A DNA stretch of 64,000 nt from an uncultured Actinomycetes bacterium (GCA_937127245.1 CAKZLU010000034.1:12605-76604); one strand, 5' to 3'; positions 31,248 to 40,238 are shown, counted from the first letter of the stretch. Numbers and translations: made by a program. The notes: a model not told the origin generated them from the sequence alone.

Positions 31248-31997
31248 CGCCCCATGCGGGGATTAAATAAGATTTCCCTCCTATTGTTTATCTGAAATAT
31301 CAGTCAAGCGCCAGACTGGGACAATATCCGTTTTTCCATATGAGCAAAGCGCGAAAAGGCAAGCGCCCTTTAGGCGGGGATAAAATGTTCCGATAAGCAG
31401 CGACAGCATTTAGACTGACGCGACCGCCCCCGCACGCGGGGACAAGAGGGTCAGCGGCGGGATTAACCCCTCCACGTTACCATCCGACCCCCATGCGCGG
31501 AGACAAAATGCGGCGCATTAGAAGAGGCGGAATGATGGTTGTCGAGCGCCCCGCACGCTGGGGGAAAAGAATTCCGTCTTTTGTTCCCTTGATAAGCCCT
31601 TTTACCAAGCGGCTCGGCATTCGGGGACGAAATGTTTCGTTGAAGTGATTCATCTTGGCATGAACACAACCGCACCCGCACATGTGGATAAAATGTAGTG
31701 GGGGGTCTTTCCCTCGGAGTGCTAAAGCAACCGCCCCCGCAAGAGGGGATAAAATGAAAAGTCTTCATATTAGACGAGCCAAAAGGGCAAGATCCCCAGG
31801 ATGAGAAACAAAAAGCGGGCAACGTTGTGCGGTTGTTCGCGATTAACCAAGCGCACCCGCACGCGGGGACGAAACAATATTCCCCTTCAGGAGAAGTTGG
31901 ATCCCCACATGTGCCACCACCCACTGGGACGAAGCGCTTTCCGACATCGTGGTTAAACTTTTGAGGACCCAGTTAGACCATCCGGGGGGAAGAAACT
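31244..31997 (+). CRISPR. Degenerate orphan CRISPR-like array, about 13 repeats and 12 spacers; consensus about CAASCGCCCCCGCACGCGGGGAYRAAATG
   Basis: Repeat starts at 31244, 31305, 31360, 31421, 31481, 31543, 31606, 31667, 31728, 31788, 31848, 31908, 31969; unique 31-35-nt spacers; CCCCG/CGGGG hairpin. Strand is inferred, not proven. Confidence 0.75.
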
Positions 31998-32130
31998 CTT
32001 TGGCATGATACTTTCTTAACGCATGAGCAGCAAGACCCTCTACCTGCAAGCCGCCTCTACTTATATTTTCGTTGTTTGAAGTATTATTACGGTTGAGCGT
32101 TATTTTGTTATTCCAACTATCGGGGCTGCC

Positions 32131-32850
32131 GTGATTACAAGAAAACACAGGAAAATGAGGTTCGATCCAATATATGACGGCGACTTTAAAGAGGCAGTCC
32201 GCTCAAGCCTTCCAAAACACCACTTTATACGCGAATATATCACCGGCGCCCATGTCCTGGATGTCGGGTGTTGGATCGGGGGCTTCGAATATCATCTGGT
32301 GGGTTCCGCAGCGTCAGTCACCGGCATCGACATAGAGCCCCGCGCCCTGGATGTGGCGGCAAAAAATTTACCTCAGGCGAGATTCATAGAGGCTTCCGTT
32401 CTCGATATGCCTTTTGAGCCCGAGACGTTCGACGTCGTGACCTGCTGGGATGTAATCGAACATCTTCCCCCGAAAACTGAGAGAATCGCCATGAGCGAAA
32501 TGGCGCGTGTGCTGAAAAAAGGCGGCATTTTTTCGCTTTCCACCCCGAGCGGTAAGACTCTCTCCAAAATATTGGACCCCGCTTATTTTTTGACCGGTCA
32601 CAGACATTACAGCCACAACGAAATTGTCAATTTGGTTTGGCAATCCGGGCTAAAAGTAAAAGAAATAAAAATACTTGGAGGATGGTACGTTGTCGCCGAT
32701 TACATGCTGATGTACCTATATAAATATTTACTTCGCTCAAATAAGCCCCTCTGGAAAGCATTTTCCCATCGAGTATTCGAGGATGCGCAACGGGAAGGCT
32801 TCGTGACTTTATTCTTGGTTGCGGAAAAACAAGGAAATGCGAACTGGTAA
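32131..32850 (+). CDS. Class I SAM-dependent methyltransferase (start may be ATG at 32155)
   Basis: VLDVGC, GIDI, FDVV..DVIEHL, RVLKKGG..STP. Confidence 0.88.
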   Translation: MITRKHRKMRFDPIYDGDFKEAVRSSLPKHHFIREYITGAHVLDVGCWIGGFEYHLVGSAASVTGIDIEPRALDVAAKNLPQARFIEASVLDMPFEPETFDVVTCWDVIEHLPPKTERIAMSEMARVLKKGGIFSLSTPSGKTLSKILDPAYFLTGHRHYSHNEIVNLVWQSGLKVKEIKILGGWYVVADYMLMYLYKYLLRSNKPLWKAFSHRVFEDAQREGFVTLFLVAEKQGNANW

Positions 32851-33017
32851 GAATGAACTGTTGTTAAATGACCACTCGTTCGTGGGCAAATCACCGGTTC
32901 GGATAAAATATGACTGGTTTAAAATTGTTTGAAAATTTTCGCTTTGGATTCTCTTATCGAATGATAACAATTATTTAATTAACAAGCGCGGAACTCAGAG
33001 GCCAAGGGGTATTCACG

Positions 33018-34295
33018 ATGCGAGAGACCGAAATTAATTACGAGTTTCTTTTCCGTGAAGCGGAGAACCGCGCCGGTAGGCTTGCCTCAATACTCTCAGA
33101 CTTGATAAAGATTGATACGAGCATCCCGCCCGGAAAGAACTACGAACTCATGGCTGACTTTTTGGAACCACATCTTGAGAAAGCCGGTTTTAAGTGTGAA
33201 AGGGTCATAGTGCCTGAAGAAAGGTGGAAGAAGATCCCGCTTCCCCTCGAGGGACCCAGGGTAAATCTCGTCGGAAAGATTAGAAAAGGCAAAAGACCCT
33301 TGAGCATATACGCCCACATGGACGTGGTCCCGGCGGGAACCGGATGGACAGTCCCCCCGTTTGAGGGAATTATCAAGGATGGCAAAGTTTACGGTAGAGG
33401 GGCTGTCGATATGAAAGGCTCGATCCCTCCGGTCATCGTGGCAACAGAGATTCTCCGTGATCTGGAAATAGAACCTGATTTCGACGTGACGTTTTGCCTG
33501 TGCACCGACGAGGAGATAGGCATTGACCCTGGCGCAGCATATCTCGCGGAGCTCGGATACTTCACCCCTCCAATCATCCACCTTGAAGGAGGCGGACAGG
33601 GACCCGCCATGGTCGCGGCTAACTCGGGCGTTCTACACGCCGTTATCAAGGTTGTCGGAAAAGAAGCACATTCCGGCTTGAGTTTCACTGGAATAAACGC
33701 TCTGGAGGAAGCGGTCGGAGTCCTCGTGGAACTCAAGCGCCTTAAGGAGGTGGTTGAATCCCGCGAATCGTCATATCCTGCCCTTCCTATACCGAAAACC
33801 CCATCCGACAAGCTAACGCCTACTTTCAACATTAACATTTTAAAGGCAGGCGAAAAACTAAACGTCATACCCGGAATCGCCACCATCGAAATAGACAGAC
33901 GATTTCTTCCCGAAGAAGACCTTAAAGACGTGAAGGGCGAGATCATCGACGCGATCGAGCGCGCAAGGCGTTCATCGCGAGCGGTCTCCATCGATGTTGA
34001 GTTTGAGGTGCTTTATCAGAACCATGAAATCGACGTCACCTCCGGGCACGTGGAAAGATGGTGTCAAGGAGTCAGGCTCGCCCTGGGATATCCGCCTGAC
34101 ACGCCATTTTTGTTTGTCGGCTCAAACGGCGCGACTGACATGAGCTTCGTTGGGAAAATCTTGAGAACCAGGGAGTTTGTGGGAACGGGAGTGATTGACG
34201 CGGAGCACATCGCCGCACACGGTCCAGATGAGTGCGTGCCAATCGCAAATATGGTGAACCTCTGCAAGGAGCTCATCTATTTTTTGGTTAGGTGA
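33018..34295 (+). CDS. M20 family metallopeptidase/deacylase (ArgE/DapE-like)
   Basis: AHMDVVP, YGRGAVDMKG, DEEIG, GKEAHS, DRR, AHGPDE. Confidence 0.9.
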   Translation: MRETEINYEFLFREAENRAGRLASILSDLIKIDTSIPPGKNYELMADFLEPHLEKAGFKCERVIVPEERWKKIPLPLEGPRVNLVGKIRKGKRPLSIYAHMDVVPAGTGWTVPPFEGIIKDGKVYGRGAVDMKGSIPPVIVATEILRDLEIEPDFDVTFCLCTDEEIGIDPGAAYLAELGYFTPPIIHLEGGGQGPAMVAANSGVLHAVIKVVGKEAHSGLSFTGINALEEAVGVLVELKRLKEVVESRESSYPALPIPKTPSDKLTPTFNINILKAGEKLNVIPGIATIEIDRRFLPEEDLKDVKGEIIDAIERARRSSRAVSIDVEFEVLYQNHEIDVTSGHVERWCQGVRLALGYPPDTPFLFVGSNGATDMSFVGKILRTREFVGTGVIDAEHIAAHGPDECVPIANMVNLCKELIYFLVR

Positions 34296-34426
34296 GTATT
34301 TTGAATAATAAAGCGGGCGAACACAATTAAGCCGAAACAGTGAGGCGCCCGTCTTGAACCAAGCCACGATATTAATCCTTGATCGTTAATAATTCCTTTT
34401 GAAAAATCCAGAATCTCGCGCATTCT

Positions 34427-35539
34427 CTATATTCTCGCGAAGTACGCACCGGCGCCGCTTCTAATTACAACTCCCTTGACCTCTAGTTGGGAAAGTATTG
34501 AAAGAACAAGCCTGCTCTCGATAGAGCTTACACTTGATATCTCCTCCGGATACATATATCCCGCTTTTATGGCCTCCACAACCATCAACTCTTTCTCAGA
34601 AAGTGAAGAAATTTTCGTTGCCAGACCGACCGTCCCTTGCAGGTTAACCCAGTTTGGTGAAAAGCCCACCCCTTCAAGGACATCTTCAGTGCAGGTGACG
34701 GGAACTGCCCCGCTTTTTATCATGAGGTTTGTACCCGCACTCTTCGGGGAGAAAATAGGTCCGGGAACCGCAAAAACCTCTCTGTTCTCGGAAAGAGCGA
34801 ACTCCGCGGTGATTAGCGCCCCGCTAGTTTTCCCCGCTTCAACAACCACGACGCCCGTACACATTCCCGCGATGATCCTGTTGCGCTCAGGAAATCTGAA
34901 TTTCTCGGGTTTCGTTCCCGGAGGATATTCGGATATCAAACATCCTCTTTTAGATATATCAGCAAGCAATAAACGATTCACCGGCGGATAAACGACATCA
35001 ACTCCACAGCCGAGAACCGCGACGGTAAACCCCCTCGATTCGAGCGCACCCGCGTGCGCTGCGGAATCAATCCCCAAAGCGGCACCGCTTACAACGCAAA
35101 TCCCAGCCCCTGCAAGCTCCCTTCCCAGTTTCCTTGAAACCTCCATTCCATAAGGCGTTGGATTCCTTGAGCCAACAACCGCAATGCAAATGCTGTCAGA
35201 AGCGGGCAATGTGCCACGGAAAAACAAAATGAGCGGGGGATCAGTCAATTCGGAGAGGAGCTTAGGGTATGAATCTTCACCGAGGACCACAGCGCCAATT
35301 CCCTTCGATTTCAGAGCGCTCAGAGAATCCCCAGAGCGGTATTTCCTGGCAGCATTCAACCATTCGCTCAGATTTTGGGAAAAAGCACTGGGAACCCTAC
35401 ACTTTGATATCGCCTCAATTACCCCCGCAGGCGTTCCAAACATGGAGATTAGATTCAAAGCGGTTCTCCTGGTCATTTTAGGCAGGGAAATCACGAAAAT
35501 GAGTTCGTCTTTTTCCTCGAGAAATGAGTGCAGTATCAC
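34427..35539 (-). CDS. dprA: DNA-processing protein DprA
   Basis: YPKLL..DPP, AVVGSR, VVSGAALGID, FPERNRIIAG, SGALITA, VFAVPG; C-terminal winged helix. Confidence 0.96.
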   Translation of the reverse strand: MILHSFLEEKDELIFVISLPKMTRRTALNLISMFGTPAGVIEAISKCRVPSAFSQNLSEWLNAARKYRSGDSLSALKSKGIGAVVLGEDSYPKLLSELTDPPLILFFRGTLPASDSICIAVVGSRNPTPYGMEVSRKLGRELAGAGICVVSGAALGIDSAAHAGALESRGFTVAVLGCGVDVVYPPVNRLLLADISKRGCLISEYPPGTKPEKFRFPERNRIIAGMCTGVVVVEAGKTSGALITAEFALSENREVFAVPGPIFSPKSAGTNLMIKSGAVPVTCTEDVLEGVGFSPNWVNLQGTVGLATKISSLSEKELMVVEAIKAGYMYPEEISSVSSIESRLVLSILSQLEVKGVVIRSGAGAYFARI

Positions 35540-35553
35540 AGAAATTCACCTTC

Positions 35554-37092
35554 TCAAGAATGCAGGCAATTCCTGTCGAGAAATCTGTATTGCAGCGCTT
35601 CCGCCAGGTGCTCTATCTCGATCTGCTCGGATCCAGCAAGGTCAGCGATCGTCCTTGCCACCTTGAGTATCCTGTGATAGGAGCGTGCGGAAAAACCCAG
35701 CTTATCGAAGGCATCCCAGAGAAAACGTTCGGCGTTTGAAGATATCAGACAATATTTCTCCACGAGTTTGCCAGCCATCCCGGCGTTGCAGAACACCCCT
35801 TCGGGTAAAAGCCTCTGCCTTTGAACAGCCCTCGCCCGGATTACCCGGTTTCTTATCTCCGAGGAAGACTCGGGTGGTCTTATTTTCCGCAGATATTCTT
35901 TCCTTAAGCGAGGAACACTAACTTGCAGGTCAATCCTGTCAAACAATGGTCCTGAAAGTATTGACCTGTACTTCTGAATCGCGTGCGCACTGCATGTGCA
36001 TTCTTTTAAGACATCCCCGAAATAACCGCAGGGACAGGGGTTCATCGAGGCAACAAGACTGAAAGAAGCGGGGAAAGTGACCGAAACCATTGATCTGACA
36101 ATTGTCACGCGCCCGTCCTCGAGCGGCGCTCTCAGGCTCTCGAGCGCACTCCTTTGAAAAAGCGTGATTTCATCGAGATATAAAACCCCGCAGTGCGCGA
36201 GGGTGACCTCTCCCGGGCGAGGAAGAGGCTGTCCCCCGCCCGTTAATCCCACCGCGGTGGTCGAGCATCCCGGCGACCTGAAAGGCCTCTCCGTCACAAG
36301 AGCGCCCCCAGACGGAATAAGACCGGCAATGCTGTGAATTTTTGTCACCTCAAGAGATTCTTCGAGCGTAAGAGGAGGAAGTATCGAGGGAATCCTTGCG
36401 GCAAGCATTGTTTTTCCAGAACCGGGAGGACCTACCATCAACAGATTGTGCCCGCCCGCAGCTGCCACTTCAATGGCGCGTTTGGCGTGCTCTTGCCCCT
36501 TTACATCAGCGAAATCCAGGGAAGACTGCCCGTTTTGGCTCAATACCGATTCCGCATCAACTTTTACCCTTGGGAGCGGTACCGAACCCTTAAGGAAACC
36601 AGCCGCGTCGGCGAGGGAGGATATACCGTATACCTCAACGTCCGGAACTATCGCCGCTTCTCTCGAATTGCTTTCAGGTACGAGTATGAAATGGACGCCA
36701 GCCTCCCGGGCACCGAGCGCCATGGAGATCGCCCCGTGTATCTTTCGTACTTTTCCGTCAAGGGAAAGTTCGCCCGCCACGATAAATGACCGGGGCTTTG
36801 TGTAAGTGAGCTGACCGGACGCCTCAAGAATGGCAAGCGCAATCGGCAGGTCAAACGATGCCCCTTCTTTTCTTAGATCGCCCGGAGCAAGGTTGACATG
36901 AATCCTTTTGTTCGGGAAATCAAATCCTGAGTTCTTTATCGCTGATTTAACCCTTATCCGAGACTCCCGCACGCAAGTGTCGGGAAGACCCACGATCTCG
37001 AAGGTGGGTATTCCCTTCATCACGTCAACTTCGACCCTGACTATTTGGGATTCAAGCCCGACTATTGTCGCTCCGTTGCATGAAGCAAGCAT
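35554..37092 (-). CDS. comM: ComM/YifB Mg-chelatase-like AAA+ helicase
   Basis: IVGLPD..VRESR, NLAPGDLRKEG, GPPGSGKT, NPCPCG, SGPLFDRID, ARTIADL; ATG at 37092 follows GGAG. Confidence 0.95.
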   Translation of the reverse strand: MLASCNGATIVGLESQIVRVEVDVMKGIPTFEIVGLPDTCVRESRIRVKSAIKNSGFDFPNKRIHVNLAPGDLRKEGASFDLPIALAILEASGQLTYTKPRSFIVAGELSLDGKVRKIHGAISMALGAREAGVHFILVPESNSREAAIVPDVEVYGISSLADAAGFLKGSVPLPRVKVDAESVLSQNGQSSLDFADVKGQEHAKRAIEVAAAGGHNLLMVGPPGSGKTMLAARIPSILPPLTLEESLEVTKIHSIAGLIPSGGALVTERPFRSPGCSTTAVGLTGGGQPLPRPGEVTLAHCGVLYLDEITLFQRSALESLRAPLEDGRVTIVRSMVSVTFPASFSLVASMNPCPCGYFGDVLKECTCSAHAIQKYRSILSGPLFDRIDLQVSVPRLRKEYLRKIRPPESSSEIRNRVIRARAVQRQRLLPEGVFCNAGMAGKLVEKYCLISSNAERFLWDAFDKLGFSARSYHRILKVARTIADLAGSEQIEIEHLAEALQYRFLDRNCLHS

Positions 37093-37104
37093 CGCCACTC
37101 CAGT

Positions 37105-37161
37105 TAAGCAGTTCAAGCAAAATTATAAGCAATTCAAGCATTATTGACAAGCAGTAAGCAG
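37105..37161. repeat. Cluster of six AAGCA direct repeats upstream of comM
   Basis: AAGCA at 37106, 37115, 37127, 37136, 37149, 37156; TAAGCA(G/A)TTCAAGCA repeated 21 nt apart. Confidence 0.65.
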
Positions 37162-37190
37162 TTGTGGCATCAAGAATCTCGATAAGCTCA

Positions 37191-38075
37191 TCAATCGGAG
37201 CGGGGCGTAAGCGAATCTAATTCTGGGTCGTGCTTAAGGTAGTTCTTCATAGCGATATCATGGTCATTCACCGCGTAGCAATAGACACACCCGTGGGGAC
37301 AGGTGTCATACTCGCCGATGTCGCGGCTCTCGTAGCAGCCGCACCCCAAGCGGTGCGGCTTTCTGGCCGCTTCAATCTCTCTGCCCGCGACATCAGATAT
37401 CCTTTTAGCATCCACGCATGAGGAATCAGAAATCCTCCCTTTTACGTACTGCCTCTGACCGCAGACGCTCATCTTCATGCCGTTTTCCCTCGCGACCCCT
37501 TCCAGCTCAAGAAGAATTTCCATCTTTTCTTTGTCCGGCGGATCAAACCAAGTGAAAGGATGTGTCTCGGATGCTTTTTTAATATTCCTCACGGTTTTTT
37601 TGTACATGTTCGCCCAGGAGACCACCACTTCATCGGTACAACCCTGAAGCATCTTTGCGATCTTCGAAAACCTCTCAAAATGAAAGGAAACCGGTGTAAG
37701 CGACGTTAGGATTATGGTGTCATATCGCCAGACGACCACCCTCGGACCGAATCTTTTCGCAAGGTATCTTACGTGCTGAACGCAAGTTTCAAGCGGCACC
37801 ACTCTCCTTTCGAGCGCTGCTGGATAGCAGGTTATGCTGTACTGGACAATGAAAGGTATCCCGAGGCTGTCAATTTCTTCAAGCACCCCAATGAAGGGTC
37901 CAAGATTCCTCGTCCAGAACACGAAAGCGCTAACGTCTCTCCTGTCGAGCGAAACCCTGTAGTAGCGCCCGCTGTATGGATTTTTTACAAGGCTATAACC
38001 GGCCTTAAGTCTTCTCAGGAACCATTCAGCATAATAGGCGGGTATGTCTGTGCGGTAACTTGCTGAAACAATCAT
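37191..38075 (-). CDS. DUF1848 family protein (C-terminal Cys cluster)
   Basis: MIVSASYRTDIPAYY.EWF, FWTRN, WRYD, CGC..SRDIG.YDTCPHGCVYCYA. Confidence 0.88.
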   Translation of the reverse strand: MIVSASYRTDIPAYYAEWFLRRLKAGYSLVKNPYSGRYYRVSLDRRDVSAFVFWTRNLGPFIGVLEEIDSLGIPFIVQYSITCYPAALERRVVPLETCVQHVRYLAKRFGPRVVVWRYDTIILTSLTPVSFHFERFSKIAKMLQGCTDEVVVSWANMYKKTVRNIKKASETHPFTWFDPPDKEKMEILLELEGVARENGMKMSVCGQRQYVKGRISDSSCVDAKRISDVAGREIEAARKPHRLGCGCYESRDIGEYDTCPHGCVYCYAVNDHDIAMKNYLKHDPELDSLTPRSD

Positions 38076-38235
38076 GCTAAATTCTTCAAATGTTTATCCG
38101 GGCTATCATCTCTTGGCAATATCATCTCATCATCAATTCGCTATTCCAACATCAATCCGGGGAGCGCCGCCAATTGAAAAATTAAAGAAATTTTAGTTCC
38201 AAAGGGATTCTGTGCGCTTTAATTTTAAACGCCTA

Positions 38236-38595
38236 TCAGAAAGCGTTTTCGATATGCTCCAATCTGAGAACAGCCCCATCTCTGTCCAAAAAAACGCATA
38301 TTACGTCAAAGCGAACCTCAGTGGCAAAGCCCGCGACAGACATATACTCGGCGGCAACGTTTCTTATCCGGGAGGCTTTCTTTTCGGTAACCGACTCGAT
38401 CGGCTCACCGTACTCGTCACCTTTCCTCGTTTTAACCTCAACAAAAACGGTGGTGCCGCCCTTCTCGGCTACAATATCTATCTCCCCTGCCTTCGCGCGA
38501 AAACCCCGCGTTTTTATCCTGTAACCTTGCTTCTCGAGGTACACGCAGGCTTGGTCCTCTCCGTGGATTCCGGTAGCTCTCCTGTAGCGGGTCAA
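38236..38595 (-). CDS. yraN: YraN family endonuclease (UPF0102)
   Basis: GE..A..YL, GEIDIVA, VFVEVKTR, RFDVI, HIENAF. Confidence 0.94.
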   Translation of the reverse strand: MTRYRRATGIHGEDQACVYLEKQGYRIKTRGFRAKAGEIDIVAEKGGTTVFVEVKTRKGDEYGEPIESVTEKKASRIRNVAAEYMSVAGFATEVRFDVICVFLDRDGAVLRLEHIENAF

Positions 38596-38601
38596 AGAGG
38601 G

Positions 38602-39366
38602 TCATTCCTCCCATATGACACTATCTTCCCGCTCGGGCAAAACACCGTGAAATGACTTCCGATGGAAAGCGCTGGGACCGTAAACCGAAAGGGCGTGGAT
38701 GTGCTCCTCTGTGGCGTAACCCTTGTTTCTGTCAAAGCTGTAATAGGGAATCCTGCTGTGAAGGCTTGACATGACTCGGTCCCTTTCCACTTTTGCCACA
38801 ATACTCGCGGCAGCCACACACTGAAACGTTGAGTCGGCATGCGCAATTGAGTAAGAGGGGACGCTTATGTCGCCGAGCGGATAGTGGTCGCATATGACAC
38901 AGTGGCACTTGTCGCTCACCGCTTCTGCCACATCTTTTAACGCCTTTCGATTCATCAACTGAATTCCCCACCTGTCTATGAGCGCGGGGTCTATAAATGA
39001 AACCGAAACGCAGAGCGCGGATTCCATAATTCTTTCATACAATTCCTCGCGCTTTTCAGGAGTCAAAGCCTTGGAATCGTCAATGTCATCTATTATCAAG
39101 CCAGGTTTGAGAACCACAGCGGCGGCGGTAAGCGGACCGGCAATTGCACCCCTCCCGGCTTCGTCCGCGCCGGCGATCAAGTTGACGTTGCCCTTTTTGA
39201 AAATCTCCTCATTTGCGACAAGGGAGCCCTTCTTCCTGAAATAACCGTAAGCCATTGAGCGAACGGTCTTTCTGGGGTCATGAGAAAGAACGCACAGAAA
39301 ATCGGGGTCAGGCTCGTCCATTGATGAGAGAATTTTCTTTATCTCGTGCACGGAGAATCTGAGCAC
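38602..39366 (-). CDS. rnhB: Ribonuclease HII
   Basis: AGADEAGRG, DDSK, AAASIVAKVERD, NKGY.T..H, HRKSF; GTG at 39366 follows GAGGT (track start 39498 overlaps lepB). Confidence 0.93.
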   Translation of the reverse strand: MLRFSVHEIKKILSSMDEPDPDFLCVLSHDPRKTVRSMAYGYFRKKGSLVANEEIFKKGNVNLIAGADEAGRGAIAGPLTAAAVVLKPGLIIDDIDDSKALTPEKREELYERIMESALCVSVSFIDPALIDRWGIQLMNRKALKDVAEAVSDKCHCVICDHYPLGDISVPSYSIAHADSTFQCVAAASIVAKVERDRVMSSLHSRIPYYSFDRNKGYATEEHIHALSVYGPSAFHRKSFHGVLPEREDSVIWEE

Positions 39367-39413
39367 AGTAACCTCGCCATTGAGGTCTCTATCAAGGATA
39401 CCTTCAAACTTGC

Positions 39414-40238
39414 CTATTTCGGAAAAGCCCATCGACTCGGAGGCCACCATATTAGAAAGACTCTCCCAATGACACTTCTTTTGGGCACCATACCCCATAC
39501 CCGACTATCTCTGGAGTTCGGTCTGTTATCACCCATGCAAAAAAACATTCCTTCGGGAACCCTCACGGGACCGAAATCGCTTGCGTCCCTTATGACCCCA
39601 TCCTCGGATTTCGGTCTGCCGTTTATATAAAGGATACCCTTTCTCAATTCAATTGTTTCGCCGCCTGTCGCAACCACCCTTTTAACGAAGACATTTGTGC
39701 CCCGGTGAGTTAGCTTCAGGGTCTCACCCATCTGCTCAAAGGGCCAGTAGAGTTTATTTTTTGTGTTCATTGCCTGCGGATCGGAAGGCGGATACCTGAA
39801 CACGATTATGTCTCCCCTTCTCGGGGACCTGAAATAAAAAGTGACTTTCTCGACCATTATGCGGTCGCCAATCTGCAGAGTGGGGACCATAGAGGATGAA
39901 GGGATCATAAAAGCCTTGATGATAAACGATTGAATGAAAATCGCAACGGCAAACGCAACCGCGAGCATTAAAAGCGTCTCGTATAGGATACCTTTGACCC
40001 TCGAGCGTTTCCCTTCCTTTGCCATATCTTCAATCGCTTCACTTGTTTCGTCCTTAGCGGCATCCGCGGAATTCCTGCCCGGCACATCCCCTACCGATGG
40101 CAAATTCCCATCGCTTTCAGGCTGGCGACTGCCGTCTGCGTGTACGCACTCGGAAAAATCTATGCCGTTGTTACCCGTGGAGCCCTCGCCCTCACTCGAA
40201 AATTGCCCCTTTTTGGAATAGGAATCTTCTTCTCTCAT
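39414..40238 (-). CDS. lepB: Signal peptidase I with acidic N-terminal extension
   Basis: IPSSSMVPTL, RGDIIVF, FVKRVV, GDNRPNSRDSR. Confidence 0.95.
   Translation of the reverse strand: MREEDSYSKKGQFSSEGEGSTGNNGIDFSECVHADGSRQPESDGNLPSVGDVPGRNSADAAKDETSEAIEDMAKEGKRSRVKGILYETLLMLAVAFAVAIFIQSFIIKAFMIPSSSMVPTLQIGDRIMVEKVTFYFRSPRRGDIIVFRYPPSDPQAMNTKNKLYWPFEQMGETLKLTHRGTNVFVKRVVATGGETIELRKGILYINGRPKSEDGVIRDASDFGPVRVPEGMFFCMGDNRPNSRDSRVWGMVPKRSVIGRVFLIWWPPSRWAFPK

Noticed and set aside
31463-31924. 153-aa minus-strand ORF and neighbouring short ORFs over the array
   Set aside because: The quasi-periodic peptides (FVPACG, FIPSCGG) just reflect the ~60-nt DNA period. The phase shifts between units (60-63 nt) and there is no recognisable domain.
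31270-31968. Self-targeting of spacers within this window
   Set aside because: By eye I found only 10-12-nt matches (for example TAAGCCCTTTTA near 17935), which are expected by chance. A full search was not possible.
29976-31997. Integron (tyrosine recombinase next to repeats)
   Set aside because: The recombinase looks like housekeeping XerC without the IntI-specific insertion. The repeats lack RYYYAAC/GTTRRRY ends, and 32-nt spacers cannot be gene cassettes.
39367-39498. Extended rnhB N-terminus overlapping lepB
   Set aside because: A GTG with an RBS at 39366 gives a normal start; the overlap is an ORF-caller artefact.
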